Made by a program: the position numbers and the translations under genes. From an uncultured Campylobacterales bacterium (GTDB lineage Bacteria; Campylobacterota; Campylobacteria; Campylobacterales; CACVAW01): DNA of 64,000 bases. Positions 23,437 to 34,880 of the stretch are shown here, piece after piece. Each line of letters begins with the position of its first letter. Within the stretch, counting starts at the first letter, position 1. Under the pieces are notes generated by a model. The model was not told the DNA's origin. It did no database searches and worked only from the letters and a program-made list of their open reading frames with translations. Where the stretch lies: positions 8,726-72,725 of the forward strand of contig CACVAW010000010.1 in the NCBI GenBank assembly GCA_902727925.1, written 5' to 3'.

Positions 23437-23464
23437 AAGATGTATAGTTTTATCTATACATCTT
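23437..23464. terminator. Hairpin between convergent genes (candidate bidirectional terminator)
   Basis: aagatgtatag (23437-23447) and ctatacatctt (23454-23464) form an 11-bp perfect stem with a 6-nt loop. The right arm overlaps the last codons of the MscS gene. Confidence 0.45.
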
Positions 23465-24548
23465 GTTTATTAGCTAATTTCTCTATATATAAAGACTGCG
23501 AAGGAAAAGCAAAACTTGCACCATTACTCTCAATAATATCCATTATCTTTAGGTTTGTATCTTCTCTTACTCTTAGATACTCATCCCACTCAGTAGTAAC
23601 AGTGAAGTAATAGCAAAACAGACTAAGTGAACTTGCTCTAAATTCATCAAAATAGACCATGATCTGATCTTTGTGAATATCTGGATGATTCTCAAGCATG
23701 GTTTTTATGTCTGAAATTATATTTTTTACTTGAGCTACTTTTGTACCATATGTGATATCAAGCCTATGTTTTATTCTTCTTTTATTCATTCTTGACCAGT
23801 TGTTTATTGGTTCATCTGTAAGTTTTGCATTTGGTACAGTGATGATAGATTTTGCAAAAGTTCTTATGTTTGTTGATCTGATACCAATATCTTCAACGAC
23901 ACCGTTTATATCTCCAGCTTCAATCCAGTCCCCTGCTTTAAAAGGTCTATCCATAAATATCACAAGAGAACCAAAGAGATTTGCTACAGTATCTTTAGCA
24001 GCAAGTGCAAAAGCAAGACCACCTAGACCAAGAGAGGCTATAAAAGCAGATATATTGATACCCCAATGCTCAGCGATAATCATAAAAGCAAAGATAATAA
24101 CCACTACTCTAAGAGTCTTTAATATGAAGTTCTCTATATCACTACTAAGGTCTTGACCAAACTTTTTGCTAAAACTAGAAAAAATATAATTAATCTCATT
24201 AAGTATATTAAATAATGCCCAAGAAATGACTACAATGATAAGTGAAAACAGTATATTGTCAAAAAGCCCATTTAGTTTATCTATACTAACAATCTCTTTT
24301 ACCAAAAACAACGCAAGTATAAAAAAAGAAAATCTCAAAGGCTTTTGTAGTATAGCTACAAGTTTATCATCAAAATTATTTTTGGTTTTCTTCACTAACT
24401 TTTCTAAATAATGCAGAATAGTTTTAATAAAAATCTTTCTAAAAAGCATAATTACAGAAAATACAACAAAAGCCAAAACAATATTTTGTGTTGTAATACC
24501 TAAAATAGAATAGTTCAGAGTTTCTTTTAATAGATCCATTAAGTTCAT
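23454..24548 (-). CDS. Small-conductance mechanosensitive channel (MscS family)
   Basis: 364 aa with N-terminal TM helices and the MscS core FKAGDWIEAGDINGVVEDIGIRSTNIRTFAKSIITVPNAKL. Confidence 0.88.
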   Translation of the reverse strand: MNLMDLLKETLNYSILGITTQNIVLAFVVFSVIMLFRKIFIKTILHYLEKLVKKTKNNFDDKLVAILQKPLRFSFFILALFLVKEIVSIDKLNGLFDNILFSLIIVVISWALFNILNEINYIFSSFSKKFGQDLSSDIENFILKTLRVVVIIFAFMIIAEHWGINISAFIASLGLGGLAFALAAKDTVANLFGSLVIFMDRPFKAGDWIEAGDINGVVEDIGIRSTNIRTFAKSIITVPNAKLTDEPINNWSRMNKRRIKHRLDITYGTKVAQVKNIISDIKTMLENHPDIHKDQIMVYFDEFRASSLSLFCYYFTVTTEWDEYLRVREDTNLKIMDIIESNGASFAFPSQSLYIEKLANKQDV

Positions 24549-24624
24549 TTATTAAGTCTTTATTTTGGTTTGTGCGATAATACAAAGCATTTTTTAAACT
24601 AGCTCAAGTTCTTTAGGTTTATTT

Positions 24625-25830
24625 TTACTTTATTAGTCCAAATAACCAAAGAGGTATTTTACTCTGTTGTAAGCTATAGTCAGTATCTATGACAGCAAAA
24701 CTATTTGATATATCTTTTATTTGTTTAAATGATTTATTTTTACCACCTATTTCGAATATGTAATCTCCTACTTTGAAATCACCTATATCGCTATAGTATA
24801 TATTAGGAAAACATGAGGCGAAGAATGTTTCTCGTAGTGTTCCTATATCTATCTCAACTCCAAATTCATTTGAGTAGGTATGTAGTATATTTGTATTTCC
24901 AAAAAGAAGTTTTTGGGGTTTTAGGGATAGTTTGGTGGAGTATTTTTTGATAGGTTTTATTATTTTTGTTTGTTCATATATATTTAAGTAAGTATTAAGT
25001 GTGGGGTGTGATATCCCAAATTCTTTACAAAGTGTAGTTATATTGACTTTATAAGGGACACGAGAGTATATTAGCTTTGCTATGATTTTTTTGAAGATAC
25101 TTAGATGTGAATAGTCTAGCTTATTGAGTGATGGTATATCTTCGTTTATTATTTTGTCAAGTGCGTTAAAAAGCTTGTTTTTGTACTCTACTTCATCTTC
25201 TATAAAAAATGGATAAGAACCAATTTGAAGATATTTCAGAAAATGTTTGTATAAGTCTGCTTGACTTAGGGCTAAATCAGGGCTTATTTGAGTTGATTTT
25301 GATAGTATCTCTTCTAAGCTTAGTTCTGGAAAATTTATATTATTTGATAGTTTGAGGTATTCTTTGAAGTTAAGCTCTTTTACATGGCTTATTACACATC
25401 TTCTACTTAGGTCATATTTTTCACTTAAAATATTAAGCATAGAACTACCAGAAAATCTTACTAGTAATTCAGGGTAAGAGTCATAAATACTTTTTAATTC
25501 TATTGCCCAGTTATTGTACTTATGTATTTCATCAATAACAATTACCTTTCCACCAAGGATTACGAACTCTTCAACTATACTATAAATAGAATTATCCGTG
25601 ATATGTACATCATCAGCACTAAAATATAAGTACTTAGTAGGTTTAAAGTATGTTTTTAAATATTGTAGTAGTAAGGTAGTTTTTCCAACTCCTCTTTGAC
25701 CAACAAGACCAACAAGTCTGTTTTTGGAGTTTAGTTTTTCTATATATATTTCTCTAGTAAAATCCAGAGTTGTGGCACTAATTAGTCTAGCTTGTTTGTT
25801 TTGTATGTAGTTTATCATATGTAGTTCCAA
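24625..25830 (-). CDS. AAA+ ATPase of the COG1373 type (AAA_14 plus a DUF4143-like C-terminus)
   Basis: 401 aa. Walker A is GQRGVGKTTLLLQYL and Walker B is VIVIDEIHKY. The C-terminal part resembles DUF4143 proteins. Confidence 0.7.
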   Translation of the reverse strand: MELHMINYIQNKQARLISATTLDFTREIYIEKLNSKNRLVGLVGQRGVGKTTLLLQYLKTYFKPTKYLYFSADDVHITDNSIYSIVEEFVILGGKVIVIDEIHKYNNWAIELKSIYDSYPELLVRFSGSSMLNILSEKYDLSRRCVISHVKELNFKEYLKLSNNINFPELSLEEILSKSTQISPDLALSQADLYKHFLKYLQIGSYPFFIEDEVEYKNKLFNALDKIINEDIPSLNKLDYSHLSIFKKIIAKLIYSRVPYKVNITTLCKEFGISHPTLNTYLNIYEQTKIIKPIKKYSTKLSLKPQKLLFGNTNILHTYSNEFGVEIDIGTLRETFFASCFPNIYYSDIGDFKVGDYIFEIGGKNKSFKQIKDISNSFAVIDTDYSLQQSKIPLWLFGLIK

Positions 25831-25934
25831 TAATTTTATATATATTGAAAGTATACATAGGTTTTTTTAAACTATATTGTTAATTATTTAAAATGCATTT
25901 TAATTTTTTAGAGATTTTCTTAAAGTGGATTTTA

Positions 25935-25969
25935 AAGATATGCAAAGATATTAAATCTTTGCATATCTT
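25935..25969 (-). terminator. Hairpin downstream of thiC
   Basis: aagatatgcaaagat (25935-25949) and atctttgcatatctt (25955-25969) form a 15-bp perfect stem with a 5-nt loop, just after the thiC stop. Confidence 0.45.
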
Positions 25970-25975
25970 GGAGTG

Positions 25976-27346
<1,371 letters not shown>

Positions 27347-27375
27347 TTAAACTATCCTTTGAGTGTTTTTGTAAT

Positions 27376-27777
27376 TTATTTTTTAGACCAATTATTTTCT
27401 AAATATTTTAGTTCTTTTAGTTCGTATAGGTCTTTGAACATAAATGATAAATTATCATCTTTTTTATAATAGCTTAGTAAAGAGTTATTATAGAGTTCAC
27501 TGTTCTTACCATTTGATATCAATGTTGCATTTTCATCAAAAAAACTATAAGCAATTTTTTCATCTTTGTATCTGAATAATAATACTTTTTTATCTTTAAA
27601 TTCTTTGACTAAAATCATTTCTTTAGTCCTGTCTGATGGTAGTTCTATATAGTAGTATCCATTCATAGATATGACTATTTTGTTTATGAAAATAGAGATT
27701 ATTATTGTACAAACAAATATCACTATTTCAGTTATACCAAATTTAAAAGAATATTTACTTTTATTATCTTGTTTCAT
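27376..27777 (-). CDS. Hypothetical membrane-anchored protein
   Basis: 133 aa with a single N-terminal TM helix (ITEIVIFVCTIIISIFINKIVI). No recognisable family. It lies 29 nt upstream of thiC on the same strand. Confidence 0.4.
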   Translation of the reverse strand: MKQDNKSKYSFKFGITEIVIFVCTIIISIFINKIVISMNGYYYIELPSDRTKEMILVKEFKDKKVLLFRYKDEKIAYSFFDENATLISNGKNSELYNNSLLSYYKKDDNLSFMFKDLYELKELKYLENNWSKK

Positions 27778-27877
27778 AGAGCGAAGTTTAACAAAATTTT
27801 GATAAACTTCATCAGCTTTTTGATGAATATTAAATTAAAAATTCAAACACAAACTAATTAACAGGAGGTAATCTAAT

Positions 27878-29140
27878 ATGAGAGATACCACAAACGCGAT
27901 ACACGAGGGATACGAAAAAGATTCACAAGGGACTATGGCAGTACCTATATATATGAGTACAGCTTATGCTTTTAGAGATAGTGAGCATGCTGCTAATTTG
28001 TTTGCGCTTAAAGAATTAGGTAATATTTATACTAGACTTATGAACCCTACTTCAGCAGTTTTTGAAAAAAGATTTGCAAAGCTTGAGGGTGGTGTAGCTG
28101 CAATTGCAACTGCTAGTGGGATGAGTGCTATATTTAGTTCTATTATTAATCTTGCGGGTGCTGGAGATAATATCATTGTAGCTTCTCAAGTTTATGGTGG
28201 AACAGCAACTCTAACAACTCATACACTTAAAAGATTTGGTATCGAAACAAAAAATTTCGACGTAACAAATCCATCAAGCCTAGAAAGTCTTATTGACGAT
28301 GATACAAAAGTTATTGTTTTTGAAACACTTGCTAATCCAGATTTGAGTATAGCTGATTTTGAGACTATTACAAGAATAGCTGATAAACATAATGTAATAA
28401 CTCTTGTAGATAACACTGTAGCAACTCCATTTCTTTGTAAACCCATAGAGCTTGGATGTGATGTTGTAGTTCATAGTACAAGTAAATATATATCAGGTAA
28501 CGGAACAGCTCTTGGTGGAATCATAATTGATAGTGAAAAGAGTGGAACTAAAATTAAAGGTAACAAAAGATATTCACACTTTAATGAACCTGATATGTCA
28601 TATCATGGATTGACATATGCTGACCTTCCTTTCCCTCCATTTATACTTAGAATACTTTTGTCACTTCTTAGAGATATAGGAGCAACACCAAGTCCATTTA
28701 ACTCATTTCTTCATATTCAAGGGCTTGAGACTTTAGCTCTTAGAATAGAAAAACATTCAAACAGTGCTTTAACAGTAGCAAAATTTTTAGAGAAGCATTC
28801 AAAAGTAAAACTAGTTAATTATCCAGGGCTTGATAGTAATAAAGAAAAAATTAGAGCAAATAAATATTTAAAAGATGGAAAAGCTAGTGGTCTTCTTAGC
28901 TTTGATGTTGAAGATGAAACACTTGCAAGAAAAATAGTGGATAACACAAAACTATTCTCAGTAGTTGTAAATATAGGTGATTCTAAATCACTTATAACTC
29001 ACCCAGCAAGTACAACTCACCAGCAAATGAATGCAGATGAGCTAAAAGCTTGTGGTATAACAAGTGGACTAGTAAGATTAAGTATTGGTCTTGAATGTCC
29101 AAATGACTTAATCGAAGATTTAACTGCTGCTTTAGCATAA
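27878..29140 (+). CDS. metY: O-acetylhomoserine sulfhydrylase (PLP-dependent Cys/Met metabolism family)
   Basis: 420 aa with the PLP-lysine region VVHSTSKYISGNG and family-typical N- and C-termini (YTRLMNPT, HPASTTH). Confidence 0.85.
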   Translation: MRDTTNAIHEGYEKDSQGTMAVPIYMSTAYAFRDSEHAANLFALKELGNIYTRLMNPTSAVFEKRFAKLEGGVAAIATASGMSAIFSSIINLAGAGDNIIVASQVYGGTATLTTHTLKRFGIETKNFDVTNPSSLESLIDDDTKVIVFETLANPDLSIADFETITRIADKHNVITLVDNTVATPFLCKPIELGCDVVVHSTSKYISGNGTALGGIIIDSEKSGTKIKGNKRYSHFNEPDMSYHGLTYADLPFPPFILRILLSLLRDIGATPSPFNSFLHIQGLETLALRIEKHSNSALTVAKFLEKHSKVKLVNYPGLDSNKEKIRANKYLKDGKASGLLSFDVEDETLARKIVDNTKLFSVVVNIGDSKSLITHPASTTHQQMNADELKACGITSGLVRLSIGLECPNDLIEDLTAALA

Positions 29141-29150
29141 ACTTACATAA

Positions 29151-29173
29151 GGAGGGGATTTTCTTTCCCCTCC
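29151..29173 (+). terminator. GC-rich hairpin after metY
   Basis: ggagggga (29151-29158) and tcccctcc (29166-29173) form an 8-bp stem with a 7-nt loop. No T-tract follows. Confidence 0.4.
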
Positions 29174-29250
29174 ACTTCCAAACTTTTTACATAAATGAGT
29201 CCTTAAATCTCTAGGGGGTCTCAACAATACACTTCAAAAGGACTATTCAT

Positions 29251-29724
29251 ATGAAAAAAAATTTACAAAACTATAGTTATGCTGGATTTTGGATAAGAGT
29301 TGGAGCTGCATTTATTGATACGGCATTGTTACTTTTCATAACTATACCCTTAACTATTTATTTTTATGGTATAGGAGCGTATACAGGTACTGAAATAAAT
29401 ACAAGTTTTGTTTTGGGGAAGGCTGATATATTGATAAACTATATACTTCCTTTTATTGCGGTTATACTGTTTTGGCACTATAAGGCTGGAACTCCAGGTA
29501 AAATGATATTAGGATTAAAAGTAGTACATGCTAATACTGGAGAGAACTTAAGTGTAGGAAGAAGTATAGGAAGATATCTTGCATATATTCCTGCTATGTT
29601 ACCTCTACTATTAGGTCTAATCTGGGTTGGATGGGATAAGAAAAAACAGGGTTGGCACGACAAGTTAGCTAAGACTGTAGTAATAAAAAGAAATAAAAAT
29701 ACAAAGGAAGTTTCTTTTGAGTAA
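29251..29724 (+). CDS. RDD family membrane protein
   Basis: 157 aa with YAGFWIRVGAAFIDTALL at the N-terminus, three TM helices, and the C-terminal GWHDKLAKTVVI typical of RDD-domain proteins. Confidence 0.7.
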   Translation: MKKNLQNYSYAGFWIRVGAAFIDTALLLFITIPLTIYFYGIGAYTGTEINTSFVLGKADILINYILPFIAVILFWHYKAGTPGKMILGLKVVHANTGENLSVGRSIGRYLAYIPAMLPLLLGLIWVGWDKKKQGWHDKLAKTVVIKRNKNTKEVSFE

Positions 29725-30088
29725 TGAAATAAACCAAAAAAGTATTTTAGGAATAGACTTGCTTCCTTGTTGTGATGAGAATTCTACTGGATATTTCCGT
29801 GATGGGTATTGCCGTACAAATGAAGATGATAAAGGTCGTCATACAGTATGTGCTGAGATTACAGATGAGTTTTTACAGTTTAGTTTATCTAAAGGAAATG
29901 ATCTTATAGCTCCAAATGTTATGTTTGGTTTTCCTGGACTTAAAGCTGGTGATAAGTGGTGTTTATGTGCGCTTAGATGGCTTGAAGCTTATGAAGCTGG
30001 AGTTGCTCCTAAAATCTTTTTAGAATCAACTCATGAAAAAACTTTGGAAGTTGTATCTTTAGAAGTTCTACAAAAGTTTGCAACTTAA
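29717..30088 (+). CDS. DUF2237 family protein
   Basis: 123 aa. The pattern GYFRDGYCRTNEDDKGRHTVCAEITDEFLQFS...GDKWCLCALRW matches the DUF2237 pattern as I recall it. Confidence 0.65.
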   Translation: MSNEINQKSILGIDLLPCCDENSTGYFRDGYCRTNEDDKGRHTVCAEITDEFLQFSLSKGNDLIAPNVMFGFPGLKAGDKWCLCALRWLEAYEAGVAPKIFLESTHEKTLEVVSLEVLQKFAT

Positions 30089-30107
30089 TAGTTGCAAACT
30101 TTATTTT

Positions 30108-30698
30108 TTAGAAATTCAAATGTCTATCACAATTAAGTAACTCTGCATTCGCTTTTCTTGTCTCTTTGTCTATTTCTATTATATTAATTGCTGCATTTTT
30201 TTGAGATTCTACTTGTGTAGCTAACTCCAAAGTATCATATCCTAATAAATAAGCTACAAGCAGTCTATTTGCTGATCCATGAGCTACAACAAGTATATTT
30301 TCATAATCATCGTGTTTGTTGATTATAAAGTCTGCTACCTTTTTTATTCTGTCAAATACTTGCTGTGGGCTTTCTACATTCGGAAGTTCTGTGAATATCA
30401 TTCCCTCAGGCTTTCTTTTGATAGGCTCTGCTATTCCACCGTAGTTTCTTTCACGGAGAAGTTCGTTGTATTGTATAGTTTTACTCATTGGGAAGAATTC
30501 ACATATATTTCTAGCTGTATCAACAGCGCGTTCAAGGTCACTTGAGTATACGAAATCTATCACTTCATTTTTGAGCCTAAGACCTAATTTTTGAGCTTGT
30601 TGTATTCCTAGTTCTGTTAGTACCCCTTGGTTTTGACCTGTTAGTATTCCTTTTACATTATCTTCTGTCTGTCCATGTCTTGTTATATAAAATTTCAT
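30108..30698 (-). CDS. Histidine phosphatase family protein (phosphoglycerate mutase-like)
   Basis: 196 aa with the catalytic opening MKFYITRHGQTEDN and a later VVAHGS. Confidence 0.8.
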   Translation of the reverse strand: MKFYITRHGQTEDNVKGILTGQNQGVLTELGIQQAQKLGLRLKNEVIDFVYSSDLERAVDTARNICEFFPMSKTIQYNELLRERNYGGIAEPIKRKPEGMIFTELPNVESPQQVFDRIKKVADFIINKHDDYENILVVAHGSANRLLVAYLLGYDTLELATQVESQKNAAINIIEIDKETRKANAELLNCDRHLNF

Positions 30699-30725
30699 CT
30701 ATTACCTTTCATTTAATTCATAACT

Positions 30726-31502
30726 CTAATAAGTATATTCTTCACTAGGGAATTTTCTTGATTTTACTTCTTTTACATATTCTTTAACTGCATTTTGAAC
30801 TAGTTCTGCTCCATTTAGATATTGTTTTACAAACTTTGGTTTGAACTCTTGGTACAGTCCTAGCATATCACTCCAAACGAGAACTTGACCATCTGTTTGG
30901 TTTCCTGAGCCTATACCTATAGTAGGTATTTCCAGTTCTTTTGTAATCATCTGAGCTACTTCTGCTATTACTCCTTCTATGACTATAGCAAATGCTCCAG
31001 CTTCCTGTACTACTTTTGCATCTTTTAGAAGTTGGTCTATTTCTTTTTTTGTTCGTCCTTTTATCTTATACCCACCTTCTAGTCTTGCATTTTGAGGCAT
31101 CAATCCGATATGCCCTACTACGGCTATAGAGTTGCTAGTGAGATGTTTTATAATATCTGCTCTACTCTCTCCACCTTCTATCTTTACAGCATGTGCATCT
31201 GTTTCTTGGTATACTCTGCTGGCATTTTTTAGTGCGAGATGTTTATCTGTATATGATCCAAAAGGCATATCGCATACAACACAGCTTGATTTTGTTTCAC
31301 GTGAAACAACTCGAGTGTGATATATCATCATATCCATCGTCGCTGATAGTGTATCTTTTTCACCAGCGAAGCTCATATTGAGACTATCACCGACAAGAAG
31401 CATATCCACAAGAGGATCAAATAGCTTTGCAAATAGTGCATCATAAGTAGTAAGCATAGTAATTGGTTCTTTGTAATCTTTGAGTTTTGTTAAATCTAGC
31501 AT
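30726..31502 (-). CDS. panB: 3-methyl-2-oxobutanoate hydroxymethyltransferase
   Basis: 258 aa with MLTTYDALFAK, LVGDSLNM, AVKIEGG, VVGHIGLMPQ. Confidence 0.93.
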   Translation of the reverse strand: MLDLTKLKDYKEPITMLTTYDALFAKLFDPLVDMLLVGDSLNMSFAGEKDTLSATMDMMIYHTRVVSRETKSSCVVCDMPFGSYTDKHLALKNASRVYQETDAHAVKIEGGESRADIIKHLTSNSIAVVGHIGLMPQNARLEGGYKIKGRTKKEIDQLLKDAKVVQEAGAFAIVIEGVIAEVAQMITKELEIPTIGIGSGNQTDGQVLVWSDMLGLYQEFKPKFVKQYLNGAELVQNAVKEYVKEVKSRKFPSEEYTY

Positions 31503-31930
31503 TATAAACCTTCTTTTAACTTAGTGGCTACATCTCTTGCAATAGTGTCACATCTTTCATTTTCTGGATGTCCATTATGGGCTTTTACCCAGTTTGCTTG
31601 TATTGTATGACTTTTGGATACTTCTAGGTATTGTTTCCATAAGTCTATATTTTTTACATTTTTAAAATTCTTTTTTACCCAGCCTGTTAGCCACTCATTG
31701 ACAGCTTTTACTACATATGTTGAGTCGCTATATATTTCTACATTGCAAGGTTCTTTTATTGTTTTTAGTGCTTCTATTACAGCGAGAAGTTCCATTTGAT
31801 TATTTGTGACATCTTTGAACGCTTCACTGATTATTTTTTCTTCATCTTTGTATTTGAGAATAGCACAATATCCTCCAAACCCTGGATTACCTAGAGATGA
31901 TCCATCAGTATATATTTTTATATGTTTCAT
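31502..31930 (-). CDS. rnhA: Ribonuclease HI
   Basis: 142 aa with IYTDGSSLGNPGFGGY, NNQMELLAVIEAL, SDSTYV, WVKAHNGHPENERCD. Confidence 0.93.
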   Translation of the reverse strand: MKHIKIYTDGSSLGNPGFGGYCAILKYKDEEKIISEAFKDVTNNQMELLAVIEALKTIKEPCNVEIYSDSTYVVKAVNEWLTGWVKKNFKNVKNIDLWKQYLEVSKSHTIQANWVKAHNGHPENERCDTIARDVATKLKEGL

Positions 31931-31939
31931 AGATACCTT

Positions 31940-32791
31940 TTAAGTACGATATTCAAAAATAATATTTGTTGAGCCGACATTATAACACTTGTTGCATATA
32001 TAAGATTTAATCCAATTAAGTTCATTACATTTTTTACATTTATACATAAGATTGTATTCAAAGTTAGGTTTATATTCTTGGAATTTTATTTTCAAATGTT
32101 CATTAAGATAGCTTTCATTATTTTTTTCTAAAAACAAATCAAAATGCTTTGTTATGTCTATATTATATTTTGAGATATCTCTTATGTTGTTAGATATTAG
32201 ATATTGAAGTAATAATTTTTTAGAAAATTCATTTTGATGAGAATAAAGAGTTATATCATTAGTAGAACAGATTTCTAAGTAGTTGATGTAGCTGTTTATA
32301 TGGCTAGTGTCTAGTTTAAGCTCTTTTAATACACCAGATATATCTTTCATTGATTTGATATCATTTTGCGTTATATAGATGTAGAGAAGCTTTTCTAGGG
32401 CATATATATTCTTTGGATCAATCTTGAGATGTTCTATACAAGTAGCTCTAGCTTTTCCAAGAAGCCCTACTCCAATATATGAGGTAGAAAGTAAATTTAG
32501 TAGTTCTTTATATTGTTCATGGTTTTTTGATAGAAGATTTAGAGTAATTGAAATAGCTTTATGAAATTCCATTTTATTTATATAAGATTCTATTACTAAC
32601 AAGTCTTCTTTTTGGTTTTCGTTGTTTATATTATTAGGTTTGTTTTTTAGAAATTTCTTGATTAGTAAGAAGTTTTTATTTTTTGAGATTATTCCCCATG
32701 AATAATTACTCACTGAGAGAATAAAAATCAAGCTAAAAAATACTATCAAACTAAATAATGGATCCTTATAGCTAAGAAATACAAAATCCAA
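31940..32791 (-). CDS. Membrane-anchored TPR protein with a C-terminal zinc ribbon (LapB/YciM-like architecture)
   Basis: 283 aa with an N-terminal TM helix, a helical repeat region, and a C-terminal CKKCNELNW...CNKCYN four-Cys motif. Confidence 0.4.
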   Translation of the reverse strand: MDFVFLSYKDPLFSLIVFFSLIFILSVSNYSWGIISKNKNFLLIKKFLKNKPNNINNENQKEDLLVIESYINKMEFHKAISITLNLLSKNHEQYKELLNLLSTSYIGVGLLGKARATCIEHLKIDPKNIYALEKLLYIYITQNDIKSMKDISGVLKELKLDTSHINSYINYLEICSTNDITLYSHQNEFSKKLLLQYLISNNIRDISKYNIDITKHFDLFLEKNNESYLNEHLKIKFQEYKPNFEYNLMYKCKKCNELNWIKSYICNKCYNVGSTNIIFEYRT

Positions 32792-32907
32792 ATTAAACCT
32801 TTATTAGTTAGTTATTCACATAATTATACAGAATTAAAGCAAAACAAAATATAATATTTGGTTTTACACTTAGTGTAAAAAGTATAAATATTTAGGATTG
32901 TTAAAAA

Positions 32908-34035
32908 TTGAATAAAATAGAAACTATTATAGCCTCTATAGCTAATGAAAAGAACCTCAAAATAGATGATGTACTTCAAACTGTCAAAAATGCTATCACT
33001 AAAACTGCAAAAGATATGCAAGGATATGACTTAGAGTTTAAAGTAATTATGGATGAAGATGATAAGACATTAAGACTCTATCAAGTAATAGAAGTAGTCT
33101 CAAACGAAGCATTTTTAGAATATGAAGAGGATGAACGACAAAAGTATATAGCTCTTGATGAAGCTAGAGAAGTTGATCCAGAACTTGATATTGAAGATAA
33201 ACTTACTTATGAAATTCAGTTCGAAGACTTTGGTCGTACTGGAATATCAAGACTCAACAGAGAATTAGAATTTCATATTCAAAGACTACTAGAAGATAAA
33301 ATCTATGAGAAATTCCAAAATAAAGTTGGCTCTATAATAAACGGAATCGTTGTTCAAGTAGATGAGTATGAAAATACATTTATTGAGATAGACGAAGTAC
33401 GAGCTATGCTACCTCAAAAAAATAGAATAAAAGGTGAGAGCTTTAATGTTGGTGATACTGTAAAATCAGTAGTTAGAAAAGTGCATGTTAGTAAGTCTCA
33501 AGGTATTGTAGTTGAGCTTAGCAGAACTACACCACAGTTTTTAGAAGCTCTTTTAGAGCTTGAAGTTCCTGAAATATCAGATGGCTCTATAGAGATAATG
33601 AATATAGCAAGAATACCAGGATTAAAAGCAAAAGTATCACTACTAAGCCATAAAGAGACTATCGACCCTATCGGAGCTACTGTAGGCGTAAGAGGTGTAA
33701 GAATAATGGCTGTTAGTGAAGAGATAAGTAATGAGAATATTGATTGTATTAAATACTCTGAATCACCAGAAATTTATATAATAAGAGCACTATCCCCAGC
33801 CGTAGTAAATAATGTAACAGTAAACTCAGAATCAAAAAAAGCGATTGTAAATATAAATGAAAATGAAAAATCAAGAGCTATTGGTAAAAGTGGAGTAAAT
33901 GTAAGACTAGCTTCAATGCTAACAGGTTATGAAATAAGCTTCCTTACCAAAGAAAGTACAGGTGAGCAAGCAACAGATACACAAACAGAGAGTACAGACA
34001 ATAATAAAAATGCACTTGAAGAGTTGTTTAACTAA
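32908..34035 (+). CDS. nusA: Transcription termination/antitermination factor NusA
   Basis: 375 aa with an N-terminal domain, an S1 domain (GSIINGIVVQVDEYENTFIEI) and KH domains (IGATVGVRGVRI, AIGKSGVNVRLAS). TTG start. Confidence 0.93.
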   Translation: MNKIETIIASIANEKNLKIDDVLQTVKNAITKTAKDMQGYDLEFKVIMDEDDKTLRLYQVIEVVSNEAFLEYEEDERQKYIALDEAREVDPELDIEDKLTYEIQFEDFGRTGISRLNRELEFHIQRLLEDKIYEKFQNKVGSIINGIVVQVDEYENTFIEIDEVRAMLPQKNRIKGESFNVGDTVKSVVRKVHVSKSQGIVVELSRTTPQFLEALLELEVPEISDGSIEIMNIARIPGLKAKVSLLSHKETIDPIGATVGVRGVRIMAVSEEISNENIDCIKYSESPEIYIIRALSPAVVNNVTVNSESKKAIVNINENEKSRAIGKSGVNVRLASMLTGYEISFLTKESTGEQATDTQTESTDNNKNALEELFN

Positions 34036-34047
34036 AAAGTATTTATT

Positions 34048-34072
34048 AGTAGGGTTTAATACAAACCCTACT
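34048..34072. terminator. Hairpin between convergent nusA and the pseudouridine synthase gene
   Basis: agtagggttt (34048-34057) and aaaccctact (34063-34072) form a 10-bp stem with a 5-nt loop. It is followed by ttctctt. Confidence 0.55.
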
Positions 34073-34100
34073 TTCTCTTGAAATAATTTAGAGGTCTCAA

Positions 34101-34880
34101 TTAGTAGTTAAAAAAATCGTTTTTTTCTAAAAATGTATGTAGAGATTGATATTCATTATTCTCTAAGAATCTTGTTTTCCCAGGTTTAAGCATACCTAAG
34201 TCAATTCCCCCAAAACTTACTCTTTTAAGATCTGTTACGTCAGCATCAAAATGAGCAAAAAACCTTCTTAGTTCTCTATTCTGACCTTCGCTAATAGCTA
34301 CTTTTATTTTAGAGCCATTTGAAGTATTCTTTATGATGTTATATGCTACAAAAGGTTTAAACTCCATAGACTTTTGCGATGTTAGAGCGTGAGCTCCTTT
34401 GGTCGCATCTGCTAAGGTAAGACCTGTTTTCATAGCCTTTTGCATCTCTTCTGTGATAGGACCTTTTATTTTTAGGTAATACACACGCTCCATAGATGAG
34501 CTCATAAGAAGTGATACCAGCTTAGATGAATCACTCATGATAAGTAACCCCTCACTAGCATAATCAAGTCTACCTACAGGTATATAGTGCCTAAATTGTC
34601 CAGATATAGTGTCATAGATAGTTTTTCTATTTCTATCATCTTTTTTAGATACTATTTCGCCTTTTTGTTTGTTATATATGATGACACTAAACTTACTTTT
34701 TACAAAGAGTTTTTTCTCATTTATTTTGATGATATTGTCTTTGAAGTTTACTTTTGTAGACAGGTCGGTTACTACCTTCCCATCTACTTTTATTTTACCT
34801 TCTTGGATAAGTTTGTCAGCGTCACGTCTTGAGTATGTTGTGTTATGTGAGATTATCTTGTTTAGTCTAATTGATTCCAT
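34101..34880 (-). CDS. RsuA/RluB family pseudouridine synthase
   Basis: 259 aa with an N-terminal S4 domain (RLNKIISHNTTYSRRDADKLIQEGKIKVDG) and the catalytic motif VGRLDYASEGLL. Confidence 0.85.
   Translation of the reverse strand: MESIRLNKIISHNTTYSRRDADKLIQEGKIKVDGKVVTDLSTKVNFKDNIIKINEKKLFVKSKFSVIIYNKQKGEIVSKKDDRNRKTIYDTISGQFRHYIPVGRLDYASEGLLIMSDSSKLVSLLMSSSMERVYYLKIKGPITEEMQKAMKTGLTLADATKGAHALTSQKSMEFKPFVAYNIIKNTSNGSKIKVAISEGQNRELRRFFAHFDADVTDLKRVSFGGIDLGMLKPGKTRFLENNEYQSLHTFLEKNDFFNY

Noticed and set aside
27347-27877. An expected TPP (THI-box) riboswitch upstream of thiC.
   Set aside because: Only 29 nt separate thiC from the upstream 133-aa ORF. The 100 nt upstream of that ORF contains two AT-rich hairpins but no CUGAGA or ACCUGAUCUGGAUAAUGCCAGCG-like THI-box core that I can find. 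I therefore annotated no riboswitch. An Infernal scan with RF00059 would settle it.
32812-32820. An isolated perfect DnaA box (TTATTCACA) in the lapB-like/nusA divergent region.
   Set aside because: My rough composition estimate expects about two chance occurrences of this 9-mer in the window. A single box with no partners is not evidence for an origin or for DnaA regulation.
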